64,000 bases of DNA from Vicugna vicugna (lineage: Eukaryota). Position 1 is the stretch's first letter. Each line of letters begins with the position of its first letter. Of the stretch, positions 37,665 through 49,390 are shown piece after piece. The stretch lies in the NCBI GenBank assembly GCA_013265495.1, contig MU058463.1, forward strand, positions 2,999,523 through 3,063,522. The letters run 5' to 3'. The notes beneath the pieces were generated by a model. It was not told the origin of the DNA. It searched no databases and saw nothing but the letters and a program-made list of their open reading frames with translations. The translations under genes and the position numbers were made by a program.

Positions 37665-38185
37665 TGAGGTTTACTCCATCCCAGGAACTGGGCTAAATAC
37701 TTGACTTGTGTGATCTCATTCAATTTTCACTGCAACACTTTGAGGCAGAGATTATTATTTCCGTTATCTCAAAGAGAAAATCACGCAGACATAGTAAACA
37801 AGTTTATGGTAACTGGGGGAAAGGGAGTGGGAAGGGATCAATTTGGAAGTTTGAGATTTGCAAATGTTAGCTACTATATATAAAAACAGATAAAAATAAC
37901 AACTTTCTTCTGTACAGCACAGGGAACTATATTCAATATCTTGTAATAACCTTTAATGAAGAAGAATATGAAAATATGTTCATGTATGACTGAAGTATTA
38001 TGCTATGCACCAGAAATTGACACATTGTAACTGATTATACTTCAATTAAAAAAAGAGAGAGAGAGAAAAGCCAAACTGAAAGAGGGTAAGTTAAGTTATC
38101 CAAGTCACACAGTGTCAGACACAGGATTTGAACCCTGTGGCATTCAATGCCAAAGTCTGTATTCTTAAATACTATGTAATACTCC
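37665..38185 (-). mobile_element. MIR SINE split by an L1 insertion
   Basis: ATCTCATTCAATTTTCACTGCAACACTTTGAGGCAG... | ...CCAAGTCACACAG...GGATTTGAACCC. Confidence 0.75.
37781..38061 (+). mobile_element. Camelid-type L1 3' end with TSD
   Basis: CAGACATAGTAAACAAGTTTATGG...CCAGAAATTGACACATTGTAACTGATTATACTTCAATTAAAAAAA; AGAGAAAA at 37773-37780 and 38062-38069. Confidence 0.9.
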
Positions 38186-38429
38186 TTATGAAGGTATTAA
38201 TTGATTTTTTTAAAAAAATAAAGTTCTGGAAACATGAAAGCCCTGGGTTTGACTCTCTGCTCTGTAATGTGGCTCATGATCTCTATTGCATGCTTTTTTA
38301 AAATCCTTCTGGGCTCTTCAAAATACACCTGAGACACTCAAGGACACCTTTCTACAAGTTGCCAGCATACCACGTTTTCTGGATTCTGCCTTGTGGATGT
38401 CCCCAAATATTTATGAAGTCTCAAAACAA

Positions 38430-38729
38430 TATGACTGCAGAAGCAGACGTGAAAATCTAGCTCACTTTTATCAAGACAGAATTAAAGAGTTGTGAAAAAA
38501 TTTTAGAATGCTACTCTTCTCATAGATTTTTTAAATTTGGGAAATATAGTTTATTCAAGTAAAAATATATTACTAGGTTACCATAAGTTATTGTTTATTA
38601 TTATTGCTTTAAATGACTTAATAAATTAATATTTTAGACAATTTTCTGTTTTAATTTTTAGTACTGTAAATATCAATATAAAACAAAAAAACCTTTTGAG
38701 TTCTGGGATGAAAAGTTTGAGAATCAATG
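38430..38729 (+). mobile_element. Charlie1-like hAT transposon 3' end
   Basis: TGCAGAAGCAGACGTGAAAATCTAGCT...TACTCTTCTCA...AAAAGTTTGAGAATCAATG terminus. Confidence 0.8.
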
Positions 38730-38979
38730 ACATAGTAATTTACAAATTCATGCACAATTTTTTTCTGAAAACTATTATGCTGTTGCACTGTGCTAGGTAT
38801 TAAACATGAAAACATAAATCCGATATAAGCTTAGCCTTGGAGTAGCTCCCAAGTTTACATGTCATTGACATGTAAGATAATTACAAGATACTTAGTCCTG
38901 CTGAGGGCTACAAACAAAATGCAAATTGTTCTGAGTTGAATTCAATTTAGATTCCCAATTGCAATACCATAGCTCCCAA

Positions 38980-39085
38980 ACTATTTCCAACATCCTCATT
39001 TTATTGATACGGAAACTGAGGCTCAGAGAGGAAGTTACGTGGCGAAGGTTCCACAGCTGGTGAGTGATGGACTAAGTAGTGAATT
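38980..39085 (-). mobile_element. MIR SINE
   Basis: CATTTTATTGATACGGAAACTGAGGCTCAGAGAGG. Confidence 0.8.
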
Positions 39086-39761
39086 CAATCTACAGGATGT
39101 GTTTGTTTTATTGTCAAGGTTTCCTCACTTTTCTTTCTTTTATCTCCAGTGTTCTAGGATTGTATAATAAGTATGAATCTTAAAGAACTCAAATTGTTAA
39201 AGAAAATTAAAGCAACAAACCTTCTCTTTGGGGACAATTTGTACAGTAAATTAATGATCCTTATTAAAAGTAAGCTAAATCATCGGTATAAATTATGTTT
39301 TTGAGAATTAATGATTATTTGTTAATTATTTAAGATTTCAGTATATGAGTTTCCTTTTTTGTGGGGTAAAGAAAGATCTTTTTTCATCATTTAATTGAAC
39401 ATAGGCAGTACTGCCTTAACTAGAAGGAACTTACATGTTTCCACTGTCACTCAATTTTATTGAAATGTAAGAAAAATATGGCTCCACAAGAACATACACA
39501 TTTTAAAAATGCAATAAGTCCACTGGGAAAATCTCCCCATGCCTACTGATGATTTCTCTCTGTGTGAAACCATGTCCATTTCAGAAGGTGCTCAGTGCAA
39601 TAAATGTGGCTCAGTGGAACTTTTATTCAATAAGGAAAACTTCATAAATACAGACCTTGTGCATTTTACTTGATCTGCCATAGAAGTGCATTTTGTTGAA
39701 ACATAACTTTTAAAAGCTTATGAAGACATCGCCATATATTCAGAAATACCATTCTTGTACG

Positions 39762-39800
39762 AAACAAACAAACAAACAAACAAACAAAAAACAAACAAAC
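39762..39800. repeat. (AAAC)n microsatellite
   Basis: AAACAAACAAACAAACAAACAAACAAAAAACAAACAAAC. Confidence 0.95.
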
Positions 39801-42800
39801 CCAAAACAGTAGGCTGTGCATCCTTTAATCACGGGCATTAAAGAAGATCAGTTCAGAGACTGCGAGGCTGCTAACTCAAGTTAACATTTTCCCGGCTTGC
39901 TTCTGGGCTGCTGGCTCTCTTTACATGTGCATGACGCTGATGTAGAATGACATTTGCACCTGTTGTTGTCATTCTATGTTAATTAGCATAGTGCCCTAAG
40001 TAGTAACGGGGCCAACCCGTCCAAATAGAAGCCATTAACATATTGCAGCTGTCATGACTAAGAAAGATGCAGGGCCTGGGAGATGCACGCATCCCTGCAT
40101 ACCTTGGCTCAGTAGCAAAGCGCTTCCAATTGGAGTCACTTGGGAGAAGAAAAGAAGCATGGGATGTAGCCAGTCAGGAGTGAAAGAATACATTTAACTG
40201 CAGGTTTACTTTCATGTATTATGTATTGCCTTCAAGGTCACTGCATGATCATTTATAAGATTTTAATGAGATATCAAAGTAGAAAAATGGAATGTAATTA
40301 ATGGAATGTCATTGAAAAGAGAGACAGGTAGCATAAGAGCCCCCAATACCATGCAATCTTCCAAATTCTCGAGCAAAAGAGGAGACCAAATATCAGAATC
40401 ACACCACAGCGAAGGGGCGAGTGTTACCACAGTGTGATAACACTTCAATAGCAAAGACCTTGAACTCTTTACAGCAATGCAACAATTGCAAAAATTAAAG
40501 ACCACGTTGAAGTTTCTGTAACAGAATAGTGATAGGAACTTGGGTTAGAATATACAGATCTTTTCTAAACCCAGAGGAGGCAGGTGACCTATTCCAAGGC
40601 TTCAAGAAGAAGAGTTTTATTAAGTATGGATATCTTCTGCAAATCAGTGGAACAGGGCATGCAGGTCAGCTATCTTACACCAGTGAGCACTCCATTCCCC
40701 AGAAGGTGTTTTGTTCAACCCACAGTCAGCTTTCTTTGAAGTTAGTTTGGTTCTATATATTTTTTCAGCTTATAAAAATTGTTCAATTCATACAAATGTT
40801 GGCTAGAATGTAAACACATAGTATAGGGAAAGTCTAGATTGATAAACACCTAGCTAACCAAAAACTTCATTCAACTGACTTTTTTTTTTTTTGCATTCAA
40901 CTTAGAAGAAAGAGGTAAATGAAAAGACATTAAGTGGACAACAGGGGTTTAATTTTTTGAAAATTCTGGAATGTGTTCTGTGGACAGATCTCCATGCTAC
41001 TAAACCTTCCAGAACTTTATACCCACATTTTTGTTCAGGGAGCACTGATGTTAAAAATAATGATCCCCAGGCTCAAAGGACGTTGAAGTCTTTCATGATT
41101 CATCAAAGAAAAATAGATTCCATTCAGCACACTGTTGTAACTAAGGCAAGAATGTGTGGAGTGGTTTAGAAAGATTTCAGAGCTAAAAATTGGAGGGGGT
41201 GCGGAATAACCCTGTTTAATGGATGAACCCACAAATCTAGATGTTTAACCTTAAACATTTTCATTAATATCATTCAGCCCCCAAATCTGTCTTTTTAAAA
41301 GCCAAGTTGCTTAGTGAGAGTAAAAATTTCCTTTTAAAATAATATTAAAAATGAGATCTATACTTAACCAATTCCCAAACAATTTAGCCAATTTCATATG
41401 TATGTGAGAACCCAGCAGAGGGGATGGGAAACAGCTAAACCAGTTTGACTGAACCTATACCATGTATTAATTAGCCAAATGACTAATTTTTTTTTTTACT
41501 CTGGTAGTAATAATTTTGAGGTTGAAGAGAAAGAACCTTTATGTATTAATAAGGCATACACCAAGAAGAATATTAGTATTTTAAAAAAATTTGTTTACTG
41601 GTCATAAAAAAAGCAATAAAAATCATAGACTTTTATTGATAACCCAGGAATTTTTATGTAAATGTCTCAAAATGCTTTCAAAATCATATTCGTCTTCTGG
41701 TTAAATTATAGAAAAATTAGTCATGTTTGAAGTATACTCAGTCTATGAAAAGTAAAAAAAAAATCCTCAGTTCTGCAGATATTTTATGCAGACAGCATTT
41801 GGACATGAATAAATAACCAGAAATAGTGGCCAGATATTTTATATTTCCACCAAGATATTTTTCCTCATTTAGTCAACACTGGAGAAGTAACTAACTTAGT
41901 TAATACCAGGGAGAAGTTTGAGAATAAAAATTTATCTCTGCTTCCTGTTCAATACTCAGGTCATGAGTATTGTGTTATTTTTCTTAGATGCATTATTACA
42001 CAAGTCATTACTAATACACTGCCTTCAGTTTGTAGCCACAAACACCGGGACTCCGATCCACATTTTTCCCCCAGCTATGTATGACTCAACAAAATTTGGT
42101 ATTGGGGGAAGAAAGCAAATAATCATTTTAATCTAATCAACAATACTAGACATAGGAGATAAAAATAATTTAAAATTCATGAAGAAACCATCTTCCCATT
42201 TTTAAAAGGTTAAGTTCCCCTAAGCTATGAAAGACAAACACCCTCTGAAGACCTAGGGAAGCAGAAAACACTGGTGGCAAGTGACAGGAATTGATCCTCC
42301 TTGGCTGTGCCTGTCATGTCTCTAAATTTTATTTCCACCATCTCTGGAATGCTATGAAAAGAGAGAGTAGGTGCTGGACTATGGCCCGAGGGCTCGGTAC
42401 CCAGGTCTCTGACTTTTCTTCAATTATGAGGCCTCCCTGCCTGGTGGAGAGACATGTGTCTGACTGGGGGCTTGGACAGTTGCAAAGTATTGATTAGCCA
42501 TAATGTGAAGTCAAATCTGAATAAAAAAGCTCCATGATCAAAAGACCTTCATCGGAGACAGCCTGCCCTCTAAGTCAAGGGTCCAGAGATTCTGATGAGT
42601 GCTGTTTCCTTTCTGAGAGAGAGAGAATTCCAGTTTCCTGATAAAGGCTCTCTTGATAAGAAAGTCCACTGGACCTTCTGTCAGAAAAGCTGAGGCTTCA
42701 GGTTTGACAGGCGCTTGTTAGTTTTTCATCCCAGAACACTTAGCATTGACGGAAGGGAAGAAAAGGAGATTGCTAATATTGCTGGGCACCACGAAAGCCA

Positions 42801-43969
42801 GTCTCGTACACGAGGAAGCTACTGCTGCCTTAAAGAATGCAAGAGCCCTGCCTGGCATGGAAAGGGTCCCTTCCCACAGTGCTGGCCCCGCCACAGGACA
42901 CAGAACCATCACCAATAACAGTATTACTTAGATCACGAACAACCAGTACATGGCTTTTAATTGAGTGTTTAAAAATTATTTTTCTTTATAGAGATACCTT
43001 TGCATTCTCTTACAGGATCCTTTATTATGACCTTTTTAATTAAAAAATGCCTTGATGCCTTTCATGGCTACTATGTTTTTAAGATGGTTTTATGAAGCAG
43101 CTGCGTTGAGCCTTTCCCACAGTCCTGTGAAGTAGAAAGTCTGAGTGTCATGATCGTCAGGTGAAGAACACAGAAACAGAGATTGTATACAGAGGCCACA
43201 AGCTTGTCCAATGGATAATTAATAACAGAGGCGGGATTAGAACTCAGGCATCCTGACTCCCAGTCTGGTTTTCTTATCTCAGTGCCAGTTTGAAGCCCTT
43301 CTGGCTCCCAAATGATAATGTTTGCAGTCACGGCTGTCTCGTTCTAGAATTGCTATACTTTAATGATCTGTTTCAGCAATTATTTTACTGTATTGTCTCT
43401 AAAGTTATTGAGGATAGAAACAGTGTTTTCTGCACTTTCTCTTTACATAATACATTACTATTAATCGGTGATGAACCTAACTCATATTCCTACTGCAAAC
43501 GTTCCCCCTTCTTTCCAGTCGTCTCTTACTCTGCCCGCATGCATTCATTCAATCACACATCCCTCGGGTCTTAATCTCCCTGTGTTTCAAGGCTACATTT
43601 GTCCTAGTCCGTGTTGTGTGCCCTGACCCAGCACCATGACTGGCCCAAGCAGATGTTCAATAAATATCAGTCCCAGGGAGAAGTGAACAGATGAGTAAAC
43701 AGAAGCCCAAAGGAGAACCATGGAGCTCTCTGTAAATTGACAGAATAGACTTGTGAAGACCATCTCTGTCAAATTTTATGAAAGTTTATTAGAACTTTGG
43801 AAACTCTTATTAGAGCCCAGACTCCCTTGGGATGGTAATTGCGTCTTGTTCGCTCGGGTATCCCCAACACCCCGGAGAAAGGAGGCACTAAGTACTTGTT
43901 GAAACGATCATAGAAGGGAAATTTTTCCTACTCTTTTTTACCTTCTGCTTTTAATATATACATGTAAAC

Positions 43970-44485
43970 ATTAACAGGTAATATTTAGTGAGTACTGTGA
44001 CAGGCAGATTGCCATGCACGTGATTATTACTTTTATTTCTCAAATAACCCTAAGAAGTAGCTATAGTTATTAGCCCCATTGTGTAGATGAGGAAACTGAG
44101 GTTCAGAAAGGTCATACAACTTGTCCAGAGTCTCATAGCTAGTCAGTGGTGAAGCCAGTGTTCTGACCAAGATCAGACTCCAAGGTGAGCATTCTTTACT
44201 AGATGGTCCTTCAAGCTTACTGAATTGTTTACTTTTTCATGAGTAACAAACTCTTACACAGAACTTACTCGGTGCCAGCCACGGTTCTAAACACATTGCA
44301 TAGATCAAGCCATTTAATCTTTATATCTCCTCACATCAACCTTCTGAAGGAGTCTATTATTTACACTGTACTGATAAGAAAATGAAGAGTTTAAGTAACA
44401 AGCCTCAAATCACACAGCTAGTGAGGGTGGGACTAGAAAATGAACCCAGGCTCTCTGGCCTTAGACTCAATGTTTTTAACCCCCA
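43970..44485 (-). mobile_element. Two tandem MIR SINEs
   Basis: CCCCATTGTGTAGATGAGGAAACTGAGGTTCAGAAAGG and TCACACAGCTAGTGAG...TGAACCCAGGC. Confidence 0.85.
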
Positions 44486-44497
44486 GGGAATATTGTT

Positions 44498-44892
44498 TCT
44501 TTTTTTAAATTGAAGTTTAGTTGATTTACAATGTTGTGTTAGTTTCTGGTGAATAGCATAGTGATTCAATTATCATATATATATATCAAATATATATATA
44601 CTCACATGCATTCTTTTTCAGATTCTTTCTCATTATAGATTATTACAAGATATTGAACGTAGTTCCTTGTGCTATATAGTAGGACCTTCTTGTTTATTTG
44701 TTTTATATATAGTAGTTTGTATCTGCTAATCCCAAACCCCTAATTTATCCCTTTCTCTCCCTTTCCCCTTGGTAATCATAAGTTTGTTTCCCATGTCTGT
44801 GAGTCTCTTTCCGTTTTGTAAATAAGTTCATTTGTATCATTTTTTAAAAAAATTCCACATATAAGAAATATATAACATTTGTCTTTCTCTGT
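44498..44892 (-). mobile_element. Cetartiodactyl-type L1 3' end with TSD
   Basis: TTTTTTAAATTGAAGTTTAGTTGATTTACAATGTTGTGTTAGTTTCTGG...; GGAATA(T/C)TGTT at 44487-44497 and 44893-44903. Confidence 0.9.
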
Positions 44893-45029
44893 GGAATACT
44901 GTTCGTGATGAAATTTGGATAGTAGCCAAGTTTTCCTTTACTCCACAGTATTTAGCCAGTGCCAAAGAATATTTAATCTGTGACAGTTTAATGCATAATA
45001 CTTAACCTATTCTAATAAATACTTAAAAT

Positions 45030-45270
45030 TTCCTTAGCATACATAGTCAGTATTTTTTATCTGATACTTACCCCAAAGTGTGGTAATGTTTTTCTTGTAG
45101 TATCCAATCTTTCTAACAAGATTTGAAGCTTCTAGAAGAGATATGGCTGCCAATTTTAAATCCTAAATCCTTAGTTTAAGAGTTGAAATCTGCTATAATT
45201 CCCATTTACTAGTTTTAAATCCCAAGTCATTAGTCTGAGTTGAAATTTGTTAAAATTCCTACTTACTAAG
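45030..45270 (+). repeat. Copy 1 of a local dispersed duplication, ending in a 2x ~58-bp tandem repeat
   Basis: Aligns by eye with 47215-47365; tandem units at 45154-45212 and 45213-45270. Confidence 0.85.
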
Positions 45271-46166
45271 TTGAGCATGATTAGAAAGCCCTGTGTTTAA
45301 GGTACATTATATTCACTAGTCAAGAGGTGCTATGGTGCACTTGCAACATAAACTAACATAAAAATGACTTATATGTGTTCATTTAGGCCTGTTGAATATT
45401 TCTATTATAATAACTAGAGAATATGAGGTAGAATTGACACTGGTAAGCATAATTAAGAAGCTAAGACTATTTTAGATAGCTTTAGTTTTATTTTTTCTTA
45501 GAGATTTTTCATATAAGGAATTTTTGGTATTCACCAGCATGAAATTTTAGTGCCACAAGTGGGGAAATTGTTATTTCCTGCTGACGTATGTCTCATTCTA
45601 CAAATTTACCATTGGGAATGTGTGTCAAGCTCTTAAAAAGAGAAAACAGTATGGTAGGAAGTAAAAAAATAGTTTTATAGTGTATATGTTAGAACTTCTT
45701 GAATAACAGTCAATATATCATTGGATGTTAAAAAGCATGGGAAATACTTCACAACCCATGTTGAAATATATTTGACACTAGGCTGATCTTTGTCAGAGCA
45801 GAATGTCAAACCATTCATGCTACTGACAAAGTCCTCACATTTGGCCTGAAACCCTCCATCTGTCTTTATTTACACAAAGCATCTTTTACAACAATGTTTT
45901 GCAAAACTTTTCTTCCCAGACGTTAACCCAATGATAATGCATGGAATGTCAATACAAATGCCAATTTTCATTTGTTTCTATTTGAATTGTTACTAAGAAA
46001 CCCTTTCAGCAGGTAACAACCGAGTATTTAAAGCTTCCCTGGCTACTGCTAGTTTGGTAGTAAGACTTGTTCTACATAGTCGGGGGTTAGTAGATGTCTA
46101 GTGGAGAGATTTCAGGACTATCCAAATACAAGAAATTTTGTATTATGAGGATCCATTTATTTAGTT

Positions 46167-46386
46167 CAGTGGTTCTCAACTGGGGGTGATTTTGTCCCCC
46201 TAGGGGATAGCTTGCAATGTCTGGAGGCATTTTTGATCATCATGACTTGGAGGACTACTTGTGTCTAATGGATAGAGGGCCAAGGATGTAGCCAATCATT
46301 CTAAAATGTATGGGACAGGCCTTCTCCCCACCCCCAAAAGACTCACCTGGTTCAAAATGTAATAGTACCATAGCTAAGAAACTCTG
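46167..46386 (+). mobile_element. MER20 hAT-Charlie MITE
   Basis: CAGTGGTTCTCAACTGGGGGTGATTTTGTCCCC...GCAATGTCTGGAGGCATTTTTG...AAGAAACTCTG. Confidence 0.9.
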
Positions 46387-46963
46387 CTTGGCTTCAAGCC
46401 TTTGGCTCTCTATTTGAAAAGACCAGTACCCTTGAAAGAGAGAATATGAATGCTTGAAATCCTATCAGCCATTTACATTTTAGTGTGAGTTTACCCATAC
46501 TTTTGGCCAGAGAAGTTATTATGGGTGGGGGCAGAGCAGGGGAGGGAGAAGATGTCTAGAGACACTGCTTGAAGGATTGGCATCACTGAAGAGAAGAGAT
46601 AGATGCAGAAATAAGAGGCTGAGGGCTAAAAAAGATTGTACGTTTTTCCTTTACACACAGCTTCCATTTTAGTATAGAAAATAAAGACTAGAAATCAGTA
46701 TGCATTTAGAACATTATACAAATATGCAATCGGATATTAGCACTCTAGAAACCAGAAGGCAGGATAAAAACGTTGGAGGCAGTACTACAGCCCTAAAGGA
46801 TCTGACCTGTATCTCCCATTCTAAACTTTTCTCCTATTTCTCCTCTATATGATTTCTACTTTCCAGCCTGAAAACATGCTGTAAACTTTGTTGCCTCCAC
46901 TCTGGCTTACATTTCTTACTCCTGCTTGAAATGCATTCTCCTTTCCTTTCTGCTTATTTATGC

Positions 46964-47149
46964 CAAGGATGGCAAAAAATTTTTACATGGCAGGCCAACT
47001 CTGGCCAATTGGAATGAGTTGGTGCTTTGTTGAAAAGGATTCTGAGGCTCAGTCTGGGCTCCATGAGAAAGACTGCCATGCCTAGTTATGTCTGATGTGG
47101 TCTGGGGAGGAGCTGTGATTTGGTCAAGGCCAAACATCTGCCATCCCAG
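46964..47149 (+). mobile_element. hAT MITE (MER117-like)
   Basis: Terminal inverted repeats CAAGGATGGCA ... TGCCATCCCAG; internal GTTGAAAAGGATTCTGAGGC. Confidence 0.7.
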
Positions 47150-47214
47150 ATTTCGTGTTTCAGGGCTCAGTTGTGACTTATTAAACCTTCCCTAAGTGAG
47201 GTCTCCCCTGAATG

Positions 47215-47365
47215 TCCTTAGTGCACTGAGTCTATTCATCTCAGTTGGTACTTAATCCTAAGTGTGGCAATGTTTTTCTTGTGGTGTCCAATCTCTCTAA
47301 CTAGATTTTAAGCATCTGGAGGAATGATGGCTCCCAATTTAAAATCCCAAATCTTTAAGAGTTGA
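47215..47365 (+). repeat. Copy 2 of the local dispersed duplication
   Basis: AAGTGTGGCAATGTTTTTCTTGTGGTGTCCAATCTCTCTAACTAGATTTTAAGC vs AAGTGTGGTAATGTTTTTCTTGTAGTATCCAATCTTTCTAACAAGATTTGAAGC. Confidence 0.85.
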
Positions 47366-48249
47366 CTCCTGCCTTCACTGGTTCTTAACTCCTCCAAATT
47401 GTAGCCCCTATTTGCCTTTCATGCTCTTTGCCAATGACTGGGCTCAGACTCTGCTGGGAAACTTTTTCAAGAAGTACACCATAAGTGCTGCCCAGACTGA
47501 CTGCTATTGGTAACAATTTTCTCTTTTCAAGTTCCAATTTCATTTTCCATTACTAGTGCTGTTTTTTCCCTCTTGAAATGCTTTCCCCTTTTTTTTCACT
47601 GTCTTTAAAATTCCCATTGTCCATTCCAAGCCAAGATCAGAAGCGCCCTTTGCTCTGAGCCTTCCATGATTCATCCAGGGTAAATTCCTTTCGGTTTACT
47701 TCTGAACTTTTCCAGCCCTTAATGGGTATGTATATCATGATCCCTGTATAGTGAGGGTTTGTGCACACACCTACTCTTTAAGTTATAATCTCTTTGTATT
47801 CAGAGATCACATCTTATACATAAAAAGTGACCAATAAACTTGACTTAATGTTGTTACAGAGTTGTTTTTTTTTTGCAGTTTTACCAAATAGAAAAGAGAA
47901 TATCATAAAGGTGGTCCTTGATGACACATTTTAAGTCATGTATTTGTTAGAAGTAGTTTAAAAAAATCTCCTTTCCAATGCCTTACTTCTGATTTTGCTG
48001 ATCTTGCCAAATTATAACGTTGTGTAATAATTTCCTTATTTTGTAGCTTTAATGATACTTTATGTCAGGTCCTGTTCTAGGCACAGGAGACAGAAACATA
48101 AGAAAGAATATTAAAGGGAATTTAGAGACTAATAGAGAATACAGCAATGTGATTAAGTATTAGAGATATTCTGCCAGCTTAGGTACCAGGTTCAGGGAGA
48201 TGTAGGGATGGAGAGAATTTAGTCCTAAGTTCTCTTCTCTTTCAGATTT

Positions 48250-49390
48250 TTAAAGCCCATATCTATGTTTTTAGCCCATTTTTTCCTCCTGAGTTCCAGT
48301 ATCGTACATCCAAATTATTACTTGACATCTTTATGAGAATGTCTAAGAGGCAACTTGAACTCAACATGGCCCTAAAGAGCATATGATTCACACCCCCAAG
48401 CTCCTCTTCCCCTCATCTCGATGAACTCTTTACTGAGACTTAAAGACAAATCATAATGGATTTCTTGTTTCCTTTCCCTTAGTCACTTCTAAAATGCTGT
48501 CTCTTCCTTTCAGTTCTCTGGCTGAAGGATATCATAAACCCTCATCACTTCTCCATAGCTCAGGCCACGAAGAGTTTAGGAGTGCCTGGGTCATCACAGT
48601 GATCTCTGAACTGACTCACTCCATCCTGCTACATATGTCACTCCCTGCAAAGTGGTTAGAATACTCTTTTAAAAAAATAACCATGAAAAAGATTTTCAAC
48701 CTTGATTAAAAAGCTTTAAGGCTTTTGGTTACACTTAGTGGTCCCAGAATTCAGACCATTTTTGGCTCCTACCCTCCTGGCCAACCTCATCGGGCACCAG
48801 CCCACCTAGTTTTCCTCCCACTTTACTAATCACTCCCTCTCAGCCCCCAAGTCTGGTCTCTGCCCTCCAGCCGCACTGCTCTTCTCTCCATTCCTCGAGG
48901 ACTTGAACCCAAGAAAGCCTAGAGCCCTGGCTCCAGGTTCCTCCTGTGTGGAATGCTCGCCCCCAGCCAGATCTTTCATGGCAACTTGCCTCTCAGAATA
49001 AATGCCAGTGTGTCAGCAGTAAGACTTTCCTAACCACTTGGTACAAAGTGGTCACCCACCGAGAGAATATTTCTATTCTCTTCATTGGAATTCTCTAATA
49101 TTTTCTGATTATTTACATATATATGTATTTATATATATTCAAATATATATGTATATATATGTACATATATATACATATATATAAATTAATATATATTTAA
49201 ATAATTTATATATATAAATTTATATATATATTTAAATATATATATTTCTGCTTTTCTTCACTAGAGGAAAACACCTTGAGAGCAGTCATTGTCATCTGTC
49301 TTATTGAACACAGCACCCCTGACATCTAGAAGAGGGTCTGCACATGGTAGATGCTTAATTAACATTGCAGATTAAATACTGTTGAATAGC
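48250..49390 (+). mobile_element. Long L2 fragment with 3' tail
   Basis: CCTGAGTTCCAGTATCGTACATCCAA...ACTTGAACTCAACATG; tail CTTGAGAGCAG...CACATGGTAGATGCTTAATTAA. Confidence 0.75.
49113..49245. repeat. AT-rich (TA)n low-complexity tract with perfect palindromes
   Basis: 40-bp palindrome at 49143-49182, 18-bp at 49203-49220, 24-bp at 49222-49245. Confidence 0.95.

Noticed and set aside
42590..42640. CTGATGAG hammerhead-like core (similar words at ~11372, ~26389 and ~54302)
   Set aside because: No stem II followed by GAAA and no flanking stems I and III
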